From Acidimicrobiales bacterium (GTDB lineage: Bacteria; Actinomycetota; Acidimicrobiia; Acidimicrobiales; Palsa-688), in the NCBI GenBank assembly GCA_036264135.1, contig DATARN010000008.1:9095-73094 (forward strand): a stretch of 64,000 nt of DNA. Reading direction: 5' to 3'. The notes under the pieces are model-generated. The model worked only from the letters and a program-made list of their open reading frames with translations, was not told where the DNA came from and made no database searches. Made by a program: the position numbers and the translations under genes. Position 1 is the stretch's first letter; each line of letters opens with the position of its first letter. Of this stretch, positions 1 to 7,364 are shown in pieces.

Positions 1-189
1 TGCCGGGATCTTGGACGTGTTGCCGGCGATGCCGCCGGCGGTGTCGAGGATGCGGTCGACGTTCCGCGAGGCGTCGTTGACGAACGCCATCAAGAGGGAC
101 AGCAGGACGATCACGACAAGACAGACCACCAGTCCCATGCCCAGCGTGATCCACCACATGGTGATGTGCTGTTGAGCCAATGCGAGCAT
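1..189 (-). CDS. small single-pass membrane protein, DUF948-like paralog (C-terminal part runs off the window edge)
   Basis: The reverse frame is open from nt 1 up to ATG at 189 (alternative ATG at 159): MLALAQQHITMWWITLGMGLVVCLVVIVLLSLLMAFVNDASRNVDRILDTAGGIAGNTSKIPA. It has an N-terminal TM helix followed by a helical segment with an I-x-G-N-T motif shared with its neighbours. The start lies 2 nt after the stop of the upstream paralog. It is absent from the ORF track because it is truncated. Confidence 0.45.
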   Translation of the reverse strand, partial: MLALAQQHITMWWITLGMGLVVCLVVIVLLSLLMAFVNDASRNVDRILDTAGGIAGNTSKIPA

Positions 190-191
190 TG

Positions 192-455
192 TCATCCGAA
201 TTTCGCCTCCAGTACGCCGCGAGCGGCAATGCAACATTCCGCGATGTCCTTCAATCCCGCGTTCACCTGAGGTACGTCACCGATGACGTTGGTGGCCAGC
301 CGGGTCAGCTCGAGTTGTTCGTCGATCGCCGCCGCCTGAACCGAAATCTGGCGAGCCAACTTCATGATCCACGAGACGAACACGACGACAACGCCGATGA
401 CCACGATCGCAAAGCCGAAGCCGACGTACCACCCAGTCAGTGCCACAGCGAGCAT
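192..455 (-). CDS. small single-pass membrane protein, DUF948-like paralog (87 aa)
   Basis: An internal ATG at 455 of ORF 192..512 is preceded by GAAGGAGGGGG (reverse complement of 462-472). The product is MLAVALTGWYVGFGFAIVVIGVVVVFVSWIMKLARQISVQAAAIDEQLELTRLATNVIGDVPQVN..., a TM helix plus an amphipathic helix. Confidence 0.6.
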   Translation of the reverse strand: MLAVALTGWYVGFGFAIVVIGVVVVFVSWIMKLARQISVQAAAIDEQLELTRLATNVIGDVPQVNAGLKDIAECCIAARGVLEAKFG

Positions 456-551
456 TGCTGACCCCCTCCTTCGAGTGTCTGTAACAATAGGCGCACAACA
501 CACCAAGGTCAACGAGAGGTTGGCCGTAAGTCGAGGTTCGGAGTACGCGGC

Positions 552-1319
552 ATGGCAGTAAACGGTTCGTCCGGGAACGAAGATCCGGAAGGCAAGGAAA
601 TTCCGGACGATGACGAGCTTGATGATGTCGATCGGCCACGATCAATCCCGGCGAATTCCGGGTCGAACGGCGCTCGTCGCCGTCTCCCGCTGATTCTCAT
701 AGGACTGGTCGTCATCGCTGCAATTGCGCTGGTCGTCGTCGTGCTCACCAACGGGTCGTCGTCCAAGTCGGCGGCCCCGCCAACCACGACCCAGACCACC
801 GATGCCAACGGTTGCACGACGCCTCCCGCCGCCCACGGCCCGGCGCTACCGACGGGGGGCCCGTTGGCCAACTTTCAGGACCAGCAGGCCAAATTCACCC
901 TCAGCTATCCCGCCGCCTGGAAGGAGGTCAAGTCCACCGATCCCAACGTGCCGCTACTGATCCACATCCGGTCGGACACCCTCGACACCGTCCTTGTCCG
1001 GGTCCTCCCCACGCAGGCGACGGTCGATACCACCAATGAGGCCAGCATCAAGTCCTTTACCGACGCGGTAATCAGCGGCACCAAGGTCAACGTCTTGAAG
1101 CAGCAGCCCATCACCATCAATGGACTGCTCGGGTACTACTACTTCTACGCCCTGCCGCCCAACCCGTGCTACCCCAACATCACCCTCGTGCACTCCCACT
1201 TCTTCCTGTTCCCACCGCACGAGATGCTGGACCTGGTGTTCCAGGCCACCGACACGGACTTCGCTCCCCTCGCCAGCAGCTTCGACCAGGTCATCAACAG
1301 CGTGCGGGCCACCGCCTAG
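552..1319 (+). CDS. membrane-anchored protein: acidic N-terminus, one TM helix, Thr/Pro linker, globular C-terminal domain of unknown function
   Basis: 255-aa ORF with GGAG 8 nt upstream of the ATG. The TM helix is LPLILIGLVVIAAIALVVVVL, followed by PPTTTQTTD and then a mixed alpha/beta-looking domain (FTLSYPAAWKEV...LLIHIRSD...). It is divergent from 192..455. Confidence 0.6.
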   Translation: MAVNGSSGNEDPEGKEIPDDDELDDVDRPRSIPANSGSNGARRRLPLILIGLVVIAAIALVVVVLTNGSSSKSAAPPTTTQTTDANGCTTPPAAHGPALPTGGPLANFQDQQAKFTLSYPAAWKEVKSTDPNVPLLIHIRSDTLDTVLVRVLPTQATVDTTNEASIKSFTDAVISGTKVNVLKQQPITINGLLGYYYFYALPPNPCYPNITLVHSHFFLFPPHEMLDLVFQATDTDFAPLASSFDQVINSVRATA

Positions 1320-1429
1320 GGCCACAAGAGGGACCGACCCTCAGCCCGGCACGAAACGTCGCTGGCTGCGCGGAAAGGCCCGTCGCCGATGGTCTCGACG
1401 ACGGGCCCTCCACTGCAACACTGCGGCGT

Positions 1430-1897
1430 CTAGTACCGCCGGCGATGAACCGGAGGCGGGGTCTGCGGCCCGCTTCGTGTCTCAGGCTCGGCAAAGGTCT
1501 GCGTCGCCTCACGCCGGGCGGGCCCCGCCGCCGGGGCGGGCGCCGGCGCCGCGGCGGCGGCCGCCCGAGCGGGTGCCGGGGCGGCGGCCGCCCGAGGGGG
1601 TGCCGGAGCGGCGGCCGCCCGAGTGGCGGCGGCGCGAGCCGGTGCCGGACCGCCGCTGGTCGCCAGGCTGATAAGGCCGTGCAACGCGCCCTGGATGGCC
1701 CCGACATCCCTGGCAATTGCGCCTACGACCTCGGGGGCGGGCTTCACCTGACCGGCGATGCCGGTGACCATCCCCAGGATGGTGTCGAGCTCCCCGGTGA
1801 TCTGCTGGAGACTCACCGCCATGGAGATCAGCCATACGGCGGTACCCAGGACGAGGATCGTCGCGATGGCGATTGTGCCGATTGCAGCCGATGCCAT
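1430..1897 (-). CDS. small single-pass membrane protein, DUF948-like paralog with an Ala/Pro-rich tail
   Basis: The ATG at 1897 is preceded by GAAGGAG. The product is MASAAIGTIAIATILVLGTAVWLISMAVSLQQITGELDTILGMVTGIAGQVKPAP..., followed by a low-complexity AAAPAP tail. The extent of the tail is uncertain. Confidence 0.55.
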   Translation of the reverse strand: MASAAIGTIAIATILVLGTAVWLISMAVSLQQITGELDTILGMVTGIAGQVKPAPEVVGAIARDVGAIQGALHGLISLATSGGPAPARAAATRAAAAPAPPRAAAAPAPARAAAAAAPAPAPAAGPARREATQTFAEPETRSGPQTPPPVHRRRY

Positions 1898-1942
1898 TAC
1901 CTCACTCCTTCTTGGATCTTTTGGTGACTGGACATGGCGGGA

Positions 1943-2188
1943 TCACAGCAACTCTGTGATCGCAGCGCCGTAGGCGCCGACGCCCTGGCGGGCCACGCCG
2001 ACCAGACGTTGCGTTTGCAGAAGCTTGGGAATGGCATCAAGATTCCGGCTCAGCGCCGTGCCGTGCTCGATGATGTCATTTGCGTGCATCCGGATCTCTC
2101 CGACCGGCTTCATGGACCGGAACTCGAAGACGAACAAGATGATCGTTACGACCGCCAAAACGAGGTTGCCGATCCACCAAAGACCCAC
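1943..2188 (-). CDS. small single-pass membrane protein, DUF948-like paralog (81 aa)
   Basis: The GTG start at 2188 is preceded by AAGGGGGG 8 nt upstream. The product is MGLWWIGNLVLAVVTIILFVFEFRSMKPVGEIRMHANDIIEHGTALSRNLDAIPKLL..., which matches my recollection of DUF948 architecture (N-terminal TM helix plus a helical domain). Confidence 0.6.
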   Translation of the reverse strand: MGLWWIGNLVLAVVTIILFVFEFRSMKPVGEIRMHANDIIEHGTALSRNLDAIPKLLQTQRLVGVARQGVGAYGAAITELL

Positions 2189-2250
2189 GGTCGAGACCCC
2201 CCTTGAAAGGCCGGTTTCTCACCGGCACCGCGAAGTGTATATGCAGCCAC

Positions 2251-2300
2251 CTGAAAAGAAAAGGGGCACGGTGGCGAACCACCGTGCCCCTTTCTTTTAC
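2251..2300. terminator. intrinsic terminator hairpin, bidirectional-looking, ending the 4368->2316 operon
   Basis: Perfect 14-bp stem AAGGGGCACGGTGG (2261-2274) with loop CGAA and CCACCGTGCCCCTT (2279-2292). It is flanked by an A-tract on the left (a T-tract on the minus strand) and TCTTTTAC on the right. It lies 24 nt downstream of the TAG at 2316. Confidence 0.7.
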
Positions 2301-2315
2301 TTCACTACTTCTTTC

Positions 2316-2984
2316 CTACGCCCCCGAACAGATCGGTCCGAGGACCGGGAGTACGGAGGCCACCTTGACCGGGTGATCGGCGCAGATGTCCTTCGCCTGC
2401 GTCAGGATCCCCCCGGCCAGGCCGGTGATGGTCCCGGTGTCGCCCTTGATGGCGACCACCAAGTTGTCGATGGTCGCTGCTTGGCCGTTGATCGTGGCGA
2501 TGATCGATCGGATCGTCGTCACGTCGGAGTTGACCCCGCTCAGACTGGCGTTGATGGAGTTGACCGAGGATCCGATCGTCCCAACCAGGCCTCCGATGGA
2601 GTGCACCGTCCCGTTGATCGACTGCGCGGTCTGCAGGATGCTCGTCACCGACGTGTTGATGCTTCCCACCGCGGTGAGGATCTGCCCAGCTTGAGCACTC
2701 AGCGGCTGGGCCGCATCGTTGATCTGCTTGGCAATGTTCTCCGTCTGGGTCAGTACCGGTAGTTCGGTGCTCGGGCAGTTGGCCAGGTTGTTCGGATCAC
2801 AGCCCGTCTGCAGGTGCTTGTTGGCACCCTGAACGGATCCCGTGATGTCGACAACCCGAGTCTGGATCTGCTGAGCCGCGGTCAGCGTTCGGGTCAACAT
2901 GATGACTGCGATGAGGGCCCAAACGATGACGATGGTCAGGATCACCCCCACCAGCCCTCTCTCGTCGTGGCTTCGTGGGGTCAT
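2316..2984 (-). CDS. type-II-like membrane protein with an extended Asn/Ser/Thr/Gly-rich heptad (coiled-coil) region and a 4-Cys cap (paralog A, 222 aa)
   Basis: The ATG at 2984 overlaps the stop of the upstream paralog (ATGA). The TM helix is LVGVILTIVIVWALIAVIML. Heptads run GSINTSV/TSILQTA/QSINGTV/HSIGGLV/GTIGSSV/NSINASL/SGVNSDV/TTIRSII/ATINGQA/ATIDNLV/VAIKGDT. Cys occur in GCDPNNLANC, DICADH and PICSGA. Confidence 0.7.
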   Translation of the reverse strand: MTPRSHDERGLVGVILTIVIVWALIAVIMLTRTLTAAQQIQTRVVDITGSVQGANKHLQTGCDPNNLANCPSTELPVLTQTENIAKQINDAAQPLSAQAGQILTAVGSINTSVTSILQTAQSINGTVHSIGGLVGTIGSSVNSINASLSGVNSDVTTIRSIIATINGQAATIDNLVVAIKGDTGTITGLAGGILTQAKDICADHPVKVASVLPVLGPICSGA

Positions 2985-3712
2985 GAGCAGCCCCTGTGCC
3001 CCTGGACGCCGGTGACGAGTGACGGGAGGTTGTCCACCAGGGTGACGACCGGGCCGTTGCAGATGCCCTTCAGCTGGACGTTGATGCCCGGCACCTGGCT
3101 GGATCCGACATTGTTGGTGTCGGCCCGGGCCGAGTTCAGGACGGTGTTGGCCGCCTCAACTCTCGGGAAGATGTTCTGGACACCGGTCTGGTTGGCACCG
3201 CACGCCCCCGGCGAGTTCGAGCACTGTCCGGCCGGGAGGTTGGCGGCGTTCAACGTGGCGTTGATGCTGCCGGCGGTGGACAACACGGTCTGGAGAACAC
3301 CCGAGGTGTTGACCAGTGACCCGGAGGTCACCACCAACGAGCTCGACGTGTCCTTCAGTGATGCGTCCACCGACACCAGGCTGGTGTTGATCGAGGTCAG
3401 GCCGCCGATGATGGCGGTGGCCTGACCGGGGATCGGCTTCAGGGCGGTATCGATGCTGGTCAGCGTGTCGCTCACGTTCTTGATCTGACCGGGGAGGGTC
3501 TGAACGTGGCCGCCGGCGCCCGACACTGCGGTGCTGGCGACGCCCAGGTTCTTGTTGATGTTGGCCAGGGAGTTGGTGATGAAGATCAGGTAGAAGACCA
3601 CCACCAGGACCACCACGGCGAGCAAGACGACCCACACCGTGAGCCACCGGCTCAGGTAGCGGGCTTGGTCGCGGTCGGCACTTTGGAGCCGGGTTGATGT
3701 TGCTGCAGCCAT
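2981..3712 (-). CDS. type-II-like membrane protein with an Asn/Ser/Thr-rich heptad region and a 4-Cys cap (paralog B, 243 aa)
   Basis: The ATG at 3712 is preceded by AGGAGG, which overlaps the upstream stop. The TM helix is WLTVWVVLLAVVVLVVVFYLIFI. Heptads run LTSINTS/LVSVDAS/LKDTSSS/LVVTSGS/LVNTSGV/LQTVLST/AGSINAT. Cys occur in GQCSNSPGACG, GICNG and RGCS. Confidence 0.7.
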   Translation of the reverse strand: MAAATSTRLQSADRDQARYLSRWLTVWVVLLAVVVLVVVFYLIFITNSLANINKNLGVASTAVSGAGGHVQTLPGQIKNVSDTLTSIDTALKPIPGQATAIIGGLTSINTSLVSVDASLKDTSSSLVVTSGSLVNTSGVLQTVLSTAGSINATLNAANLPAGQCSNSPGACGANQTGVQNIFPRVEAANTVLNSARADTNNVGSSQVPGINVQLKGICNGPVVTLVDNLPSLVTGVQGHRGCS

Positions 3713-3726
3713 TGCGCGCTCGCCTC

Positions 3727-4368
3727 CTAGCAGCCTGTACCGGCGGAGTTGCCGCCGAGGTCATGGTTGATGCATCCGCCGAACCTGAGCGCCGCGGTAA
3801 GGCCGGTGCTGCCACCGCCGACGATGACGCCGGTGTCACCCTTGATCTGCTGGGCCACGAGGACCGTCTTGTCCAGATCCTGGTTGATGATGACGACGCC
3901 ACTCTTGATCGAGTTGGCGACCGCCAGGATCGACGACGCCGTCGAGTTGATCCCGTTGGCGGTGCTGTTGATGGCACCGGCCGAGCCGTTGATCGTCTTG
4001 GCGGTTCCATCGATCGTGCTCGCCGAGCCGTTGATCGACTTGCCGAGATTGTCGATCGAGCCGGCCAAGTCGACGATCTGCGCCAGCTCACCCTGCAACG
4101 GCTTGGCCGTCGCCAGGATGGACGACGCCGTCTTGTTGGTCGCCGTCAACTGGAGGATCGAATCGGTGTTGTCATTGATGCCACGACCGGTCTTCTGGAT
4201 GGTCGCCGCCTTACCATTGATGGATTCTGCGGTCGATGCTGTCCTCTGGAGCAACACCACCGCGATCACCAGAACTACCAGGACGACAACCAGCAGTAAC
4301 CCGCTGCTTACCGCCTGACCAGTCTCGTCACGCCTGCGGCCTCTGGCCACCAAGCCCCCTTTCAACAT
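3727..4368 (-). CDS. type-II-like membrane protein with an Asn/Ser/Thr/Gly-rich heptad region and a 2-Cys cap (paralog C, 213 aa)
   Basis: The basic N-terminus ARGRRRDE is followed by the TM helix LLLVVVLVVLVIAVVLL. Heptads run SIDNLGK/SINGSAS/TIDGTAK/TINGSAG/AINSTAN/GINSTAS/SILAVAN/SIKSGVV. It shares an IKGDTG motif with paralog A. The true start may be GTG at 4350, which has AAAGGGGG upstream. Confidence 0.65.
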   Translation of the reverse strand: MLKGGLVARGRRRDETGQAVSSGLLLVVVLVVLVIAVVLLQRTASTAESINGKAATIQKTGRGINDNTDSILQLTATNKTASSILATAKPLQGELAQIVDLAGSIDNLGKSINGSASTIDGTAKTINGSAGAINSTANGINSTASSILAVANSIKSGVVIINQDLDKTVLVAQQIKGDTGVIVGGGSTGLTAALRFGGCINHDLGGNSAGTGC

Positions 4369-4506
4369 TGGGAAGAGTCGGGGAGGGCACGCAGGGCCTG
4401 CGGCCGTTTCCCCCTTGTAGTGCTTGTGCTGCTGGTACTCCGCTTCGTGGCTTTCCTACCTGGCATGGTGCTTGGAGATGAGAAGCCCGGATCGGTGTTC
4501 CGGCGC

Positions 4507-4536
4507 ACTGTATTCCAAGGGTGACATTTCAGGCAA
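4507..4536 (-). promoter_or_regulatory. candidate sigma-70-type promoter for the 4368->2316 operon
   Basis: On the minus strand: TTGCCT (reverse complement of 4531-4536), an 18-nt spacer, then TACAGT (reverse complement of 4507-4512). This fits the actinobacterial TANNNT -10 box. It rests on pattern match only. Confidence 0.2.
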
Positions 4537-4641
4537 GTATGACCCGATTCGTGCAGTTTGCGCCGGAAGACCCGCCGCAGAGCGAACCGTAAGACGTTTC
4601 CCCAGGTACAGCATCCCCCAAAAGGTGGAGCGCATGGGGGA

Positions 4642-4664
4642 TGACTAGTTACTTCTGACTAGTC
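4642..4664. promoter_or_regulatory. two copies of the palindromic AT-rich motif TGACTAGT, 14 bp apart (candidate operator)
   Basis: TGACTAGT occurs at 4642-4649 and again at 4656-4663. The second copy extends to the perfect 8-bp palindrome GACTAGTC. The motif stands out in GC-rich DNA, in the 413-bp gap between the hypE stop and the start of paralog C. Confidence 0.3.
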
Positions 4665-4781
4665 ACAGCCGTTTGCGACGAACCGGCCGAACGCGCACGG
4701 GCCCCGGGCGGCCCGGGCGCGACGAAACAACCGCGGCGCCAGCCCGATGCCGGCGCGGAGGACAGAAGTCCGGAAAAGGGG

Positions 4782-5903
4782 TCAGCAGATGCGCGGCAGC
4801 GGATCGCCGACGAGCATGTCGACGATGCGAGTGCCGCCGAACGGCGTGACCTGCACCACCAGGCCGGGGGGATCGGCGACCATCTCCCCCACCACCGCGG
4901 CGTCGGCGCCGAGCGGGTCGGCCCGCAGCGCGGCGACGGCGGCCGCCGCCTCGGCGGCGGGCACGATCGCCACGAACTTGCCTTCGTTGGCCACGTACAA
5001 CGGGTCGATACCCAGCATGTCGCACGCCCCGCCGACGACGGCCTTGATGGGCATGGCCACCTCGTCGAGGCGAACGGTGAGGTTGCAGTCCCGCGCCAGC
5101 TCGTTGCACACCGTGCCCAGGCCGCCTCGGGTGGCGTCACGCAACCACCGGGTGCCAGGGGCGGCGGCCAGTAAGACCTCGACCAGACCGCTGAGGGCGG
5201 CGGTGTCGCTCTCGACATAGGCATCGAGGGCCAGGTCGCCCCGGGCCAGCATCACCGCGGTGCCGTGGTCGCCGATGGAGCCCGACACGATCACGGCGTC
5301 TCCTGCCTGCACCCGCGTGGCGGTCAGATCCCGACCCGGCGGGATGAGCCCGACGCCGGCGGTGTTGATGTACACCCCGTCGGCGGCGCCGCGGTTGACG
5401 ACCTTGGTGTCGCCGGTGACGATCGACACCCCGGCGCGGAGTGCGGCCGCGGCCATATCGGCGACCACCTCGCGGAGCGACTCGATGGCGAATCCCTCTT
5501 CGATCACGAAGGCGGCCGAGAGAGCAAGGGGCCGGGCTCCCATCATGGCTAGGTCGTTGACTGTGCCGTTGACCGCCAGGTCGCCAATCGACCCACCGGG
5601 GAAATGCAGCGGCTTCACCACGAACGAGTCGGTCGAGAAGGCCAGCCGCTCACCGGTGGGCAGCGTCAGCACGGCGGCGTCGGTCTGCAGGCCCGAAGTC
5701 GAGTGGGCGAACGCCGGCAGGAACACCTGATCCAACAGCGCCGCCGACGCCTTGCCGCCCGCCCCGTGGGCCGAGGTGACGACCTCGTCGAGCAGCCGCG
5801 GCTTGCGCCGGCGGAAGGCCTCGATACGGTCGAAGACCGCTTCCTCCCGCTCCCGCTCCGGACCTTGGGCCGGCTCGGCGACCTCGTCGGTGACGTCGGT
5901 CAT
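4782..5903 (-). CDS. hypE: [NiFe]-hydrogenase maturation protein HypE
   Basis: It has an AIR-synthase-like fold signature (FSTDSFVVKPLHFPGGSIGDLAVNGTVNDLAMMGA) and the C-terminal PRIC motif. The start is set at the ATG at 5903 (MTDVTDE...), which overlaps the upstream stop by 4 nt. Confidence 0.9.
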   Translation of the reverse strand: MTDVTDEVAEPAQGPEREREEAVFDRIEAFRRRKPRLLDEVVTSAHGAGGKASAALLDQVFLPAFAHSTSGLQTDAAVLTLPTGERLAFSTDSFVVKPLHFPGGSIGDLAVNGTVNDLAMMGARPLALSAAFVIEEGFAIESLREVVADMAAAALRAGVSIVTGDTKVVNRGAADGVYINTAGVGLIPPGRDLTATRVQAGDAVIVSGSIGDHGTAVMLARGDLALDAYVESDTAALSGLVEVLLAAAPGTRWLRDATRGGLGTVCNELARDCNLTVRLDEVAMPIKAVVGGACDMLGIDPLYVANEGKFVAIVPAAEAAAAVAALRADPLGADAAVVGEMVADPPGLVVQVTPFGGTRIVDMLVGDPLPRIC

Positions 5904-6583
5904 TGGAAGCTCCCTTCGCGCCCGTTGGGCGTGGACTGGGCCATCAGGTTGCGCTGCACGACCGACCACAGCTCGAACACCAGCGCGTCCTGCGACTCTT
6001 GGATGCGGTGGACGCTGTCGGAGTGCACGACCAGGCAAAAGTCGACCGTGTCGTTGTTGGCCATGGCCCCGCCGGCGTACCCGGCCAGGCCGATGGTCAG
6101 CAGCCCACGGTGCTTGGCCTCGGCGAAGGCCTTCATGACGTTTTCCGAGTTGCCGCTGGTGGACAGGCCCATGGCCATGTCTCCTGACCGGGCGTGGGCG
6201 ATCAGCTGGCGGGAGAAGACCAGCTCGAAGCCCACATCGTTGGCCAGAGCGGTCAGCACCGCCCGGTCGTCAACCAGCGGCCACGCCGGCAGCGGCCGGC
6301 CGCCGATCGGGTGGCGGAACATTTGGGCCGTCATCTCGGCGTCGGTGGCACTGCCGCCGTTACCGAAGGTGTACAGCCGGCCGCCGGCGGCGAAGCGCGA
6401 GGCCATGTCGGCGCCGAGAGCGGCGATGACGGGCTCCCACTCCTTCAGGGTGGCCAGCTGGAGCCGGCGGCTCTGCGCCATCTTGGCCCGGGCCGACGCA
6501 GCCAGGTCGACGAGGAGCGACTCGGAGTCGCGCTCCTCGGAATCGATGAACGGGTAAAGGAAGTTGGTGGGTTCGGCGGTCAT
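5900..6583 (-). CDS. SIS-domain protein (GmhA/phosphoheptose-isomerase-like), hydrogenase-cluster associated
   Basis: Motifs YTFGNGGSATDAEM and LSTSGNSENV are present. The ATG at 6583 overlaps the upstream stop (ATGA). Confidence 0.8.
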   Translation of the reverse strand: MTAEPTNFLYPFIDSEERDSESLLVDLAASARAKMAQSRRLQLATLKEWEPVIAALGADMASRFAAGGRLYTFGNGGSATDAEMTAQMFRHPIGGRPLPAWPLVDDRAVLTALANDVGFELVFSRQLIAHARSGDMAMGLSTSGNSENVMKAFAEAKHRGLLTIGLAGYAGGAMANNDTVDFCLVVHSDSVHRIQESQDALVFELWSVVQRNLMAQSTPNGREGSFQ

Positions 6584-7329
6584 ACCCGGCCCTCCAGGGA
6601 GGAAATCGCGGTACCGGCATGGACCAGGAGAAGGTCGCCCGGGCCCGGCCTGCCGACCAGTGTCGTGTCGATGGTCTCCGCCTTGCCACCCGCCAGGACG
6701 ACCGCGGTGTCGTCTTCCAGTACCGAGACCACCTCGACCACCCGCCCCTCGTCGGAGCAGGTGATGCACACTTCGTCGGTGCACGCCGCCGGCTCGGCCA
6801 GCAGGCCGGGATGCTCGAACACCACGTGCACCAGCTCCCAGAGGAGGTGGTACAGCAGCACGTATCCGCCCGAGCTGCCGGCGATGTCGGAGTCGACACC
6901 GTCGACCCACAACAGGTGGTCTGCGGAGCTGGTGGGCGGGTGGGGGCCGGCGCCGATGCACACGCTGGTCAATCCCCAGGCGTCCGTCCGGCGCAGCAGC
7001 GACGCGATGGTCTCGTCGGAGGCGGGACCGAGGGCGACCACTATGTCGCCCGGTCGGGCCAGCAGGCGCAACGAGGCGAGCAGGTCGTCGTCGTCAACGA
7101 AGATGGCCGGCAGGGCCCGTTTTCCCATGATCACCGGATGGACGAACTCCACCGCCACATGGCGGCCGTGGGCCGGCCAGGACGGCGAGACACACCACAT
7201 GGTGGCCCCAGCGGCGAAACGCCGGGCCAGCGCCAAGGCGGCGGCCGCCAAGTTGTCCGAGACCGACTCGAGAGCGGAAAAGTCAATTGGCAGCTCCCGC
7301 TCTGCGGACACGACTGGATTGGGGACCAT
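6580..7329 (-). CDS. fusion protein: degenerate SIS-like N-domain plus HypC/HupF-like C-domain
   Basis: The N-terminal ~180 aa align by eye with the SIS paralog downstream (RRFAAGATMW..., LLYHLLWELVHVVFEH) but lack GNGGS. The C-terminal ~65 aa read CITCSDEGRVVEVVSVLEDDTAVVLAGGKAETIDTTLVGRPGPGDLLLVHAGTAI, which resembles HypC/HupF OB-fold chaperones. Confidence 0.6.
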   Translation of the reverse strand: MVPNPVVSAERELPIDFSALESVSDNLAAAALALARRFAAGATMWCVSPSWPAHGRHVAVEFVHPVIMGKRALPAIFVDDDDLLASLRLLARPGDIVVALGPASDETIASLLRRTDAWGLTSVCIGAGPHPPTSSADHLLWVDGVDSDIAGSSGGYVLLYHLLWELVHVVFEHPGLLAEPAACTDEVCITCSDEGRVVEVVSVLEDDTAVVLAGGKAETIDTTLVGRPGPGDLLLVHAGTAISSLEGRV

Positions 7330-7364
7330 GGCAAGTCCTTTCGACCCCACGGAACAGGCCTCTG

